A stretch of 64,000 bases of DNA from the human T2T-CHM13v2.0 reference genome, Homo sapiens: NCBI RefSeq assembly GCF_009914755.1, contig NC_060939.1; one strand, given 5' to 3'. The stretch's first letter is position 1. Each line of letters starts with the position of its first letter. The position numbers and the translations under genes are program-made. The notes below the pieces were generated by a model. It did no database searches. It was not told the DNA's origin and saw only the letters and a program-made list of their open reading frames with translations. Below are positions 14,340-28,591 of this stretch, in pieces.

Positions 14340-17300
14340 TTGAGTCCATTCAATTCCATTCCTTTCGTTTCCATTCCATTTGATGCCATTCCATTCAATT
14401 CTGTTCTACTCGACTCCAATACATTCAATTCCATTCCATCCGATTCCATTACATTCTTTTCATTTCTTATCCATTTCAAGCCATTCCACTCCATTCCATT
14501 CCACTCGTTTCCTTTCCATTCGAGTCCATTCCTCTCCAGTCCATTCCGTTCAATCCATTCCATTCCAGTCCATTCCATTCGAGTCCGTTCCATTCCAGTC
14601 CATTCCATTCGAGTCAATTCCATTCCATTCGATGTCTTTCCATAACGATCCATTCCATTCTATTCCTTTCGATTCCATTCCATTCTATTTCATTCCATTC
14701 GATTCCCTTCCATTGGACTCCTTTCCATTCGAGTGCATTCCATTCCGTTCCATTTCTTTCCGTTCTGTACGATTCCTACCGTTCGATTTCATTTTGTTCC
14801 AGTCCATTCCTTTTGCGTCCATTCCATTCCATTTCACTCCATTCGATTCCATTCCACTCGATTCCACTTCGTTCCATTTCATTGCATTCCATTCTATTCA
14901 ACTCTATTGCCTTCCATTCCATTCCATTCGATTACATTCCATGCGATTCCATTCGAAATCGAATCAATTACATTGCAATCCATTACAATTGAGTCCGTTT
15001 TATTCCAGTCCACTGCATTCTGGTCCATTCCATTTGATTCCATTCCATTCTATTCCATTCCATACAGTTGCATTCCATTGGATTCCATTCTATATCTATA
15101 AATTCAATTCGAGACCATTGCTTTTGAGTCCATTCTATATGATTCCATTCCATTCAAGTCCATTACATTTGGTTCAATTCCATTCCATTCCATTCCCTTC
15201 CATTCCATTCCAGTTGATATCAATCCATTCGATTCCATTCCATTCGAGCACATTCCATTCGAGTCCATTCCATTCGATGCCATTCCATTTGATTCTATTC
15301 CATTAGTCTCCATTCAATTCCATTAATCTCCATTCCATTCCATTCTACTCCAACTGATTCCATTCCATTCTATTCCTTTCCATTCCATTTCATTCCATTC
15401 CATTCCATTTCATTCCATTCCATTCCATTCGCTTCCATTCCATTCGTGTCCATTCCACTCCAGTCCATTCCATTCGTGTCCATTCCATTCCAGTCCATTC
15501 CATTTGTGTCCACTGCATTCCATTCCACTCCATTCCATATTATTCCATTACACTCCCTTCCATTCTATTACTTTCATTTCCATTCATTTCCATTCCATTT
15601 GATTCCATTCCACTCGGTTTCATTCCATTTGAGTCCACTCCATTCCATTCCATTCCATTCCATTCAGTTCCATTCCATTCTGTTCCATTCCATTCCGTTC
15701 CATTGCATTCCATTCCATTCGGTACCATTCCATATTGTTCCATTTGATTCCATTCGAATCCATTCCATTCCAGTCCATTCCATTCGATTCCATTCCATTC
15801 CTTTCAATTCCATTCCATTCCATTCCATTCCACTTGATTCCACTCCATTCCCTTCCACTGCATTCCATTCGATTCCATTCCATTGCATTGCATTCCATTC
15901 CATTGGACTGCATTTCATTCGATTCCATTCCATGCGAATCAGTTACATAGCAATCCATTACATTCGAGTCTATTCTATTCCGTTCCATTCGATTTCGTTC
16001 CAATCCATTCGATTCCATTCCATTCGATTCCATTCCATACTATTGCATTCCATTCTATTACATTATATTCGAATAAGTTCCATTCAAGACCATTTCTTTT
16101 GAGTCCATTCTATTTGAGTCCATTCCCTTTGATTCCATAACATTTGAGTCCATTCAATTCCATTCCTTTCGTTTCCATTCCATTTGATGCCATTCCATTC
16201 AATTCTGTTCTACTCGACTCCAATACATTCAATTCCATTCCATCCGATTCCATTACATTCTTTTCATTTCTTATCCATTTCAAGCCATTCCACTCCATTC
16301 CATTCCACTCGTTTCCTTTCCATTCGAGTCCATTCCTCTCCAGTCCATTCCGTTCAATCCATTCCATTCCAGTCCATTCCATTCGAGTCCGTTCCATTCC
16401 AGACCATTCCAATCGAGTCAATTCCATTCCATTCGATGTCTTTCCATAACGATCCATTCCATTCTATTCCTTTCGATTCCATTCCATTCTATTTCATTCC
16501 ATTCGATTCCCTTCCATTGGACTCCTTTCCATTCGAGTGCATTCCATTCCGTTCCATTTCTTTCCGTTCTGTACGATTCCTACCGTTCGATTTCATTTTG
16601 TTCCAGTCCATTCCTTTCGCGTCCATTCCATTCCATTTCACTCCATTCGATTCCATTCCACTCGATTCCACTTCGTTCCATTTCATTGCATTCCATTCTA
16701 TTCAACTCTATTGCCTTCCATTCCATTCCATTCGATTACATTCCATGCGATTCCATTCGAAATCGAATCAATTACATTGCAATCCATTACTATTGAGTCC
16801 GTTTTATTCCAGTCCACTGCATTCTGGTCTATTCCATTTGATTCCATTCCATTCTATTCCATTCCATACAGTTGCATTCCATTGGATTCCATGCTATATC
16901 TATAAATTCAATTCGAGACCATTGCTTTTGAGTCCATTCTATATGATTCCAATCCATTCAAGTCCATTACATTTGGTTGAATTCCATTCCATTCCATTCC
17001 CTTCCATTCCATTCCAGTTGATATCAATCCATTCGATTCCATTCCATTCGAGCACATTCCATTCGAGTCCATTCCATTCGATGCCATTCCATTTGATTCT
17101 ATTCCATTAGTCTCCATTCAATTCCATTAATCTCCATTCCATTCCATTCTACTCCAACTGATTCCATTCCATTCTATTCCTTTCCATTCCATTTCATTCC
17201 ATTCTATTCCATTTCATTCCATTCCATTCCATTCGTGTCCATTCCACTCCAGTCCATTCCATTCGTGTCCATTCCATTCCAGTCCATTCCATTTGTGTCC

Positions 17301-20300
17301 ACTGCATTCCATTACACTCCATTCCATATTATTCCATTACACTCCATTCCATTCTATTACTTTCATTTCCATTCAATTCCATTCCATTTGATTCCATTCC
17401 ACTCGGTTTCATTCCATTTGAGTCCACTCCATTCCATTCCATTCCATTCAGTTCCATTACATTCCATTCCATTCGGTACCATTCCATATTGTTCCATTCG
17501 ATTCCATTCGAATCCATTCCATTCCAGTCCATTCCATTCGATTCCATTCCATTCATTTCAATTCCATTCCATTCCATTCCATTACATTCCACTTGATTCC
17601 TCTCCATTCCCTTCCACTGCATTCCGTTCGATTCCATTCCATTTCATTGCATTCCATTCCATTGGATTGCATTCCATTCGATTCCATTCCATTCGAATGA
17701 ATTACATAGCAATCCATTACATTCGAGTCTATTCTATTCCGTTCCATTCGATTTTGTTCCAATCCATTCGATTCCATTCCATTCGATTCCATTCCATACT
17801 ATTGCATTCCATTCGATTACATTATATTCGAATAAGTTCCATTCAAGACCATTTCTTTTGAGTCCATTCGATTTGAGTCCATTCCCTTTGATTCCATAAC
17901 ATTTGAGTCCATTCAATTCCATTCCTTTCGTTTCCATTCCATTTGATGCCATTCCATTCAATTCTGTTCTACTCGACTCCAATACATTCAATTCCACTCC
18001 ATCCGATTCCATTACATTCTTTTCATTTCTTATCCATTTCAAGCCATTCCACTCCATTCCATTCCACTCGTTTCCTTTCCATTCGAGTCCATTCCTCTCC
18101 AGTCCATTCCGTTCAATCCATTCCATTCCAGTCCATTCCATTCGAGTCCGTTCCATTCCAGTCCATTCCATTCGAGTCAATTCCATTCCATTCGATGTCT
18201 TTCCATAACGATCCATTCCATTCTATTCCTTTCGATTCCATTCCATTCTATTTCATTCCATTCGATTCCCTTCCATTGGACTCCTTTCCATTCGAGTGCA
18301 TTCCATTCCGTTCCATTTCTTTCCGTTCTGTACGATTCCTACCGTTCGATTTCATTTTGTTCCAGTCCATTCCTTTTGCGTCCATTCCATTCCATTTCAC
18401 TCCATTCGATTCCATTCCACTCGATTCCACTTCGTTCCATTTCATTGCATTCCATTCTATTCAACTCTATTGCCTTCCATTCCATTCCATTCGATTACAT
18501 TCCATGCGATTCCATTCGAAATCGAATCAATTACATTGCAATCCATTACAATTGAGTCCGTTTTATTCCAGTCCACTGCATTCTGGTCCATTCCATTTGA
18601 TTCCATTCCATTCTATTCCATTCCATACAGTTGCATTCCATTGGATTCCATTCTATATCTATAAATTCAATTCGAGACCATTGCTTTTGAGTCCATTCTA
18701 TATGATTCCATTCCTTTCAAGTCCATTACATTTGGTTCAATTCCATTCCATTCCATTCCCTTCCATTCCATTCCAGTTGATATCAATCCATTCGATTCCA
18801 TTCCATTCGAGCACATTCCATTCGAGTCCATTCCATTCGATGCCATTCCATTTGATTCTATTCCATTAGTCTCCATTCAATTCCATTAATCTCCATTCCA
18901 TTCCATTCTACTCCAACTGATTCCATTCCATTCTATTCCTTTCCATTCCATTTCATTCCATTCCATTCCATTTCATTCCATTCCATTCCATTCGCTTCCA
19001 TTCCATTCGTGTCCATTCCACTCCAGTCCATTCCATTCGTGTCCATTCCATTCCAGTCCATTCCATTTGTGTCCACTGCATTCCATTCCACTCCATTCCA
19101 TATTATTCCATTACACTCCCTTCCATTCTATTACTTTCATTTCCATTCATTTCCATTCCATTTGATTCCATTCCACTCGGTTTCATTCCATTTGAGTCCA
19201 CTCCATTCCATTCCATTCCATTCCATTCAGTTCCATTCCATTCTGTTCCATTCCATTCCGTTCCATTGCATTCCATTCCATTCGGTACCATTCCATATTG
19301 TTCCATTTGATTCCATTCGAATCCATTCCATTCCAGTCCATTCCATTCGATTCCATTCCATTCCTTTCAATTCCATTCCATTCCATTCCATTCCACTTGA
19401 TTCCACTCCATTCCCTTCCACTGCATTCCATTCGATTCCATTCCATTGCATTGCATTCCATTCCATTGGACTGCATTTCATTCGATTCCATTCCATGCGA
19501 ATCAATTACATAGCAATCCATTACATTCGAGTCTATTCTATTCCGTTCCATTCGATTTCGTTCCAATCCATTCGATTCCATTCCATTCGATTCCATTCCA
19601 TACTATTGCATTCCATTCTATTACATTATATTCGAATAAGTTCCATTCAAGACCATTTCTTTTGAGTCCATTCTATTTGAGTCCATTCCCTTTGATTCCA
19701 TAACATTTGAGTCCATTCAATTCCATTCCTTTCGTTTCCATTCCATTTGATGCCATTCCATTCAATTCTGTTCTACTCGACTCCAATACATTCAATTCCA
19801 TTCCATCCGATTCCATTACATTCTTTTCATTTCTTATCCATTTCAAGCCATTCCACTCCATTCCATTCCACTCGTTTCCTTTCCATTCGAGTCCATTCCT
19901 CTCCAGTCCATTCCGTTCAATCCATTCCATTCCAGTCCATTCCATTCGAGTCCGTTCCATTCCAGACCATTCCAATCGAGTCAATTCCATTCCATTCGAT
20001 GTCTTTCCATAACGATCCATTCCATTCTATTCCTTTCGATTCCATTCCATTCTATTTCATTCCATTCGATTCCCTTCCATTGGACTCCTTTCCATTCGAT
20101 TGCATTCCATTCCGTTCCATTTCTTTCCGTTCTGTACGATTCCTACCGTTCGATTTCATTTTGTTCCAGTCCATTCCTTTCGCGTCCATTCCATTCCATT
20201 TCACTCCATTCGATTCCATTCCACTCGATTCCACTTCGTTCCATTTCATTGCATTCCATTCTATTCAACTCTATTGCCTTCCATTCCATTCCATTCGATT

Positions 20301-23300
20301 ACATTCCATGCGATTCCATTCGAAATCGAATCAATTACATTGCAATCCATTACTATTGAGTCCGTTTTATTCCAGTCCACTGCATTCTGGTCTATTCCAT
20401 TTGATTCCATTCCATTCTATTCCATTCCATACAGTTGCATTCCATTGGATTCCATGCTATATCTATAAATTCAATTCGAGACCATTGCTTTTGAGTCCAT
20501 TCTATATGATTCCAATCCATTCAAGTCCATTACATTTGGTTGAATTCCATTCCATTCCATTCCCTTCCATTCCATTCCAGTTGATATCAATCCATTCGAT
20601 TCCATTCCATTCGAGCACATTCCATTCGAGTCCATTCCATTCGATGCCATTCCATTTGATTCTATTCCATTAGTCTCCATTCAATTCCATTAATCTCCAT
20701 TCCATTCCATTCTACTCCAACTGATTCCATTCCATTCTATTCCTTTCCATTCCATTTCATTCCATTCTATTCCATTTCATTCCATTCCATTCCATTCGTG
20801 TCCATTCCACTCCAGTCCATTCCATTCGTGTCCATTCCATTCCAGTCCATTCCATTTGTGTCCACTGCATTCCATTACACTCCATTCCATATTATTCCAT
20901 TACACTCCATTCCATTCTATTACTTTCATTTCCATTCAATTCCATTCCATTTGATTCCATTCCACTCGGTTTCATTCCATTTGAGTCCACTCCATTCCAT
21001 TCCATTCCATTCAGTTCCATTACATTCCATTCCATTCGGTACCATTCCATATTGTTCCATTCGATTCCATTCGAATCCATTCCATTCCAGTCCATTCCAT
21101 TCGATTCCATTCCATTCATTTCAATTCCATTCCATTCCATTCCATTACATTCCACTTGATTCCTCTCCATTCCCTTCCACTGCATTCCGTTCGATTCCAT
21201 TCCATTTCATTGCATTCCATTCCATTGGATTGCATTCCATTCGATTCCATTCCATTCGAATCAATTACATAGCAATCCATTACATTCGAGTCTATTCTAT
21301 TCCGTTCCATTCGATTTTGTTCCAATCCATTCGATTCCATTCCATTCGATTCCATTCCATACTATTGCATTCCATTCGATTACATTATATTCGAATAAGT
21401 TCCATTCAAGACCATTTCTTTTGAGTCCATTCGATTTGAGTCCATTCCCTTTGATTCCATAACATTTGAGTCCATTCAATTCCATTCCTTTCGTTTCCAT
21501 TCCATTTGATGCCATTCCATTCAATTCTGTTCTACTCGACTCCAATACATTCAATTCCACTCCATCCGATTCCATTACATTCTTTTCATTTCTTATCCAT
21601 TTCAAGCCATTCCACTCCATTCCATTCCACTCGTTTCCTTTCCATTCGAGTCCATTCCTCTCCAGTCCATTCCGTTCAATCCATTCCATTCCAGTCCATT
21701 CCATTCGAGTCCGTTCCATTCCAGTCCATTCCATTCGAGTCAATTCCATTCCATTCGATGTCTTTCCATAACGATCCATTCCATTCTATTCCTTTCGATT
21801 CCATTCCATTCTATTTCATTCCATTCGATTCCCTTCCATTGGACTCCTTTCCATTCGAGTGCATTCCATTCCGTTCCATTTCTTTCCGTTCTGTACGATT
21901 CCTACCGTTCGATTTCATTTTGTTCCAGTCCATTCCTTTTGCGTCCATTCCATTCCATTTCACTCCATTCGATTCCATTCCACTCGATTCCACTTCGTTC
22001 CATTTCATTGCATTCCATTCTATTCAACTCTATTGCCTTCCATTCCATTCCATTCGATTACATTCCATGCGATTCCATTCGAAATCGAATCAATTACATT
22101 GCAATCCATTACAATTGAGTCCGTTTTATTCCAGTCCACTGCATTCTGGTCCATTCCATTTGATTCCATTCCATTCTATTCCATTCCATACAGTTGCATT
22201 CCATTGGATTCCATTCTATATCTATAAATTCAATTCGAGACCATTGCTTTTGAGTCCATTCTATATGATTCCATTCCTTTCAAGTCCATTACATTTGGTT
22301 CAATTCCATTCCATTCCATTCCCTTCCATTCCATTCCAGTTGATATCAATCCATTCGATTCCATTCCATTCGAGCACATTCCATTCGAGTCCATTCCATT
22401 CGATGCCATTCCATTTGATTCTATTCCATTAGTCTCCATTCAATTCCATTAATCTCCATTCCATTCCATTCTACTCCAACTGATTCCATTCCATTCTATT
22501 CCTTTCCATTCCATTTCATTCCATTCCATTCCATTTCATTCCATTCCATTCCATTCGCTTCCATTCCATTCGTGTCCATTCCACTCCAGTCCATTCCATT
22601 CGTGTCCATTCCATTCCAGTCCATTCCATTTGTGTCCACTGCATTCCATTCCACTCCATTCCATATTATTCCATTACACTCCCTTCCATTCTATTACTTT
22701 CATTTCCATTCATTTCCATTCCATTTGATTCCATTCCACTCGGTTTCATTCCATTTGAGTCCACTCCATTCCATTCCATTCCATTCCATTCAGTTCCATT
22801 CCATTCTGTTCCATTCCATTCCGTTCCATTGCATTCCATTCCATTCGGTACCATTCCATATTGTTCCATTTGATTCCATTCGAATCCATTCCATTCCAGT
22901 CCATTCCATTCGATTCCATTCCATTCCTTTCAATTCCATTCCATTCCATTCCATTCCACTTGATTCCACTCCATTCCCTTCCACTGCATTCCATTCGATT
23001 CCATTCCATTGCATTGCATTCCATTCCATTGGACTGCATTTCATTCGATTCCATTCCATGCGAATCAATTACATAGCAATCCATTACATTCGAGTCTATT
23101 CTATTCCGTTCCATTCGATTTCGTTCCAATCCATTCGATTCCATTCCATTCGATTCCATTCCATACTATTGCATTCCATTCTATTACATTATATTCGAAT
23201 AAGTTCCATTCAAGACCATTTCTTTTGAGTCCATTCTATTTGAGTCCATTCCCTTTGATTCCATAACATTTGAGTCCATTCAATTCCATTCCTTTCGTTT

Positions 23301-26300
23301 CCATTCCATTTGATGCCATTCCATTCAATTCTGTTCTACTCGACTCCAATACATTCAATTCCATTCCATCCGATTCCATTACATTCTTTTCATTTCTTAT
23401 CCATTTCAAGCCATTCCACTCCATTCCATTCCACTCGTTTCCTTTCCATTCGAGTCCATTCCTCTCCAGTCCATTCCGTTCAATCCATTCCATTCCAGTC
23501 CATTCCATTCGAGTCCGTTCCATTCCAGACCATTCCAATCGAGTCAATTCCATTCCATTCGATGTCTTTCCATAACGATCCATTCCATTCTATTCCTTTC
23601 GATTCCATTCCATTCTATTTCATTCCATTCGATTCCCTTCCATTGGACTCCTTTCCATTCGATTGCATTCCATTCCGTTCCATTTCTTTCCGTTCTGTAC
23701 GATTCCTACCGTTCGATTTCATTTTGTTCCAGTCCATTCCTTTCGCGTCCATTCCATTCCATTTCACTCCATTCGATTCCATTCCACTCGATTCCACTTC
23801 GTTCCATTTCATTGCATTCCATTCTATTCAACTCTATTGCCTTCCATTCCATTCCATTCGATTACATTCCATGCGATTCCATTCGAAATCGAATCAATTA
23901 CATTGCAATCCATTACTATTGAGTCCGTTTTATTCCAGTCCACTGCATTCTGGTCTATTCCATTTGATTCCATTCCATTCTATTCCATTCCATACAGTTG
24001 CATTCCATTGGATTCCATGCTATATCTATAAATTCAATTCGAGACCATTGCTTTTGAGTCCATTCTATATGATTCCAATCCATTCAAGTCCATTACATTT
24101 GGTTGAATTCCATTCCATTCCATTCCCTTCCATTCCATTCCAGTTGATATCAATCCATTCGATTCCATTCCATTCGAGCACATTCCATTCGAGTCCATTC
24201 CATTCGATGCCATTCCATTTGATTCTATTCCATTAGTCTCCATTCAATTCCATTAATCTCCATTCCATTCCATTCTACTCCAACTGATTCCATTCCATTC
24301 TATTCCTTTCCATTCCATTTCATTCCATTCTATTCCATTTCATTCCATTCCATTCCATTCGTGTCCATTCCACTCCAGTCCATTCCATTCGTGTCCATTC
24401 CATTCCAGTCCATTCCATTTGTGTCCACTGCATTCCATTACACTCCATTCCATATTATTCCATTACACTCCATTCCATTCTATTACTTTCATTTCCATTC
24501 AATTCCATTCCATTTGATTCCATTCCACTCGGTTTCATTCCATTTGAGTCCACTCCATTCCATTCCATTCCATTCAGTTCCATTACATTCCATTCCATTC
24601 GGTACCATTCCATATTGTTCCATTCGATTCCATTCGAATCCATTCCATTCCAGTCCATTCCATTCGATTCCATTCCATTCATTTCAATTCCATTCCATTC
24701 CATTCCATTACATTCCACTTGATTCCTCTCCATTCCCTTCCACTGCATTCCGTTCGATTCCATTCCATTTCATTGCATTCCATTCCATTGGATTGCATTC
24801 CATTCGATTCCATTCCATTCGAATCAATTACATAGCAATCCATTACATTCGAGTCTATTCTATTCCGTTCCATTCGATTTTGTTCCAATCCATTCGATTC
24901 CATTCCATTCGATTCCATTCCATACTATTGCATTCCATTCGATTACATTATATTCGAATAAGTTCCATTCAAGACCATTTCTTTTGAGTCCATTCGATTT
25001 GAGTCCATTCCCTTTGATTCCATAACATTTGAGTCCATTCAATTCCATTCCTTTCGTTTCCATTCCATTTGATGCCATTCCATTCAATTCTGTTCTACTC
25101 GACTCCAATACATTCAATTCCACTCCATCCGATTCCATTACATTCTTTTCATTTCTTATCCATTTCAAGCCATTCCACTCCATTCCATTCCACTCGTTTC
25201 CTTTCCATTCGAGTCCATTCCTCTCCAGTCCATTCCGTTCAATCCATTCCATTCCAGTCCATTCCATTCGAGTCCGTTCCATTCCAGTCCATTCCATTCG
25301 AGTCAATTCCATTCCATTCGATGTCTTTCCATAACGATCCATTCCATTCTATTCCTTTCGATTCCATTCCATTCTATTTCATTCCATTCGATTCCCTTCC
25401 ATTGGACTCCTTTCCATTCGAGTGCATTCCATTCCGTTCCATTTCTTTCCGTTCTGTACGATTCCTACCGTTCGATTTCATTTTGTTCCAGTCCATTCCT
25501 TTTGCGTCCATTCCATTCCATTTCACTCCATTCGATTCCATTCCACTCGATTCCACTTCGTTCCATTTCATTGCATTCCATTCTATTCAACTCTATTGCC
25601 TTCCATTCCATTCCATTCGATTACATTCCATGCGATTCCATTCGAAATCGAATCAATTACATTGCAATCCATTACAATTGAGTCCGTTTTATTCCAGTCC
25701 ACTGCATTCTGGTCCATTCCATTTGATTCCATTCCATTCTATTCCATTCCATACAGTTGCATTCCATTGGATTCCATTCTATATCTATAAATTCAATTCG
25801 AGACCATTGCTTTTGAGTCCATTCTATATGATTCCATTCCTTTCAAGTCCATTACATTTGGTTCAATTCCATTCCATTCCATTCCCTTCCATTCCATTCC
25901 AGTTGATATCAATCCATTCGATTCCATTCCATTCGAGCACATTCCATTCGAGTCCATTCCATTCGATGCCATTCCATTTGATTCTATTCCATTAGTCTCC
26001 ATTCAATTCCATTAATCTCCATTCCATTCCATTCTACTCCAACTGATTCCATTCCATTCTATTCCTTTCCATTCCATTTCATTCCATTCCATTCCATTTC
26101 ATTCCATTCCATTCCATTCGCTTCCATTCCATTCGTGTCCATTCCACTCCAGTCCATTCCATTCGTGTCCATTCCATTCCAGTCCATTCCATTTGTGTCC
26201 ACTGCATTCCATTCCACTCCATTCCATATTATTCCATTACACTCCCTTCCATTCTATTACTTTCATTTCCATTCATTTCCATTCCATTTGATTACATTCC

Positions 26301-28591
26301 ACTCGGTTTCATTCCATTTGAGTCCACTCCATTCCATTCCATTCCATTCCATTCAGTTCCATTCCATTCTGTTCCATTCCATTCCGTTCCATTGCATTCC
26401 ATTCCATTCGGTACCATTCCATATTGTTCCATTTGATTCCATTCGAATCCATTCCATTCCAGTCCATTCCATTCGATTCCATTCCATTCCTTTCAATTCC
26501 ATTCCATTCCATTCCATTCCACTTGATTCCACTCCATTCCCTTCCACTGCATTCCATTCGATTCCATTCCATTGCATTGCATTCCATTCCATTGGACTGC
26601 ATTTCATTCGATTCCATTCCATGCGAATCAATTACATAGCAATCCATTACATTCGAGTCTATTCTATTCCGTTCCATTCGATTTCGTTCCAATCCATTCG
26701 ATTCCATTCCATTCGATTCCATTCCATACTATTGCATTCCATTCTATTACATTATATTCGAATAAGTTCCATTCAAGACCATTTCTTTTGAGTCCATTCT
26801 ATTTGAGTCCATTCCCTTTGATTCCATAACATTTGAGTCCATTCAATTCCATTCCTTTCGTTTCCATTCCATTTGATGCCATTCCATTCAATTCTGTTCT
26901 ACTCGACTCCAATACATTCAATTCCATTCCATCCGATTCCATTACATTCTTTTCATTTCTTATCCATTTCAAGCCATTCCACTCCATTCCATTCCACTCG
27001 TTTCCTTTCCATTCGAGTCCATTCCTCTCCAGTCCATTCCGTTCAATCCATTCCATTCCAGTCCATTCCATTCGAGTCCGTTCCATTCCAGACCATTCCA
27101 ATCGAGTCAATTCCATTCCATTCGATGTCTTTCCATAACGATCCATTCCATTCTATTCCTTTCGATTCCATTCCATTCTATTTCATTCCATTCGATTCCC
27201 TTCCATTGGACTCCTTTCCATTCGATTGCATTCCATTCCGTTCCATTTCTTTCCGTTCTGTACGATTCCTACCGTTCGATTTCATTTTGTTCCAGTCCAT
27301 TCCTTTCGCGTCCATTCCATTCCATTTCACTCCATTCGATTCCATTCCACTCGATTCCACTTCGTTCCATTTCATTGCATTCCATTCTATTCAACTCTAT
27401 TGCCTTCCATTCCATTCCATTCGATTACATTCCATGCGATTCCATTCGAAATCGAATCAATTACATTGCAATCCATTACTATTGAGTCCGTTTTATTCCA
27501 GTCCACTGCATTCTGGTCTATTCCATTTGATTCCATTCCATTCTATTCCATTCCATACAGTTGCATTCCATTGGATTCCATGCTATATCTATAAATTCAA
27601 TTCGAGACCATTGCTTTTGAGTCCATTCTATATGATTCCAATCCATTCAAGTCCATTACATTTGGTTGAATTCCATTCCATTCCATTCCCTTCCATTCCA
27701 TTCCAGTTGATATCAATCCATTCGATTCCATTCCATTCGAGCACATTCCATTCGAGTCCATTCCATTCGATGCCATTCCATTTGATTCTATTCCATTAGA
27801 CTCCATTCAATTCCATTAATCTCCATTCCATTCCATTCTACTCCAACTGATTCCATTCCATTCTATTCCTTTCCATTCCATTTCATTCCATTCTATTCCA
27901 TTTCATTCCATTCCATTCCATTCGTGTCCATTCCACTCCAGTCCATTCCATTCGTGTCCATTCCATTCCAGTCCATTCCATTTGTGTCCACTGCATTCCA
28001 TTACACTCCATTCCATATTATTCCATTACACTCCATTCCATTCTATTACTTTCATTTCCATTCAATTCCATTCCATTTGATTCCATTCCACTCGGTTTCA
28101 TTCCATTTGAGTCCACTCCATTCCATTCCATTCCATTCAGTTCCATTACATTCCATTCCATTCGGTACCATTCCATATTGTTCCATTCGATTCCATTCGA
28201 ATCCATTCCATTCCAGTCCATTCCATTCGATTCCATTCCATTCATTTCAATTCCATTCCATTCCATTCCATTACATTCCACTTGATTCCTCTCCATTCCC
28301 TTCCACTGCATTCCGTTCGATTCCATTCCATTTCATTGCATTCCATTCCATTGGATTGCATTCCATTCGATTCCATTCCATTCGAATCAATTACATAGCA
28401 ATCCATTACATTCGAGTCTATTCTATTCCGTTCCATTCGATTTTGTTCCAATCCATTCGATTCCATTCCATTCGATTCCATTCCATACTATTGCATTCCA
28501 TTCGATTACATTATATTCGAATAAGTTCCATTCAAGACCATTTCTTTTGAGTCCATTCTATTTGAGTCCATTCCCTTTGATTCCATAACAT
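14340..28591 (+). repeat. Four tandem copies of the 3563-bp A/B dimer
   Basis: Unit lengths alternate 1804/1759 over eight units. EcoRI sites at 16979, 20542, 24105 and 27668 are exactly 3563 bp apart. Confidence 0.94.

Noticed and set aside
14340-28591. Assignment to Y-chromosome DYZ1 on the basis of the 3.56-kb period
   Set aside because: The period is a dimer of two nearly identical 1.8-kb KpnI units, it is only local, and I saw no HaeIII GGCC site.
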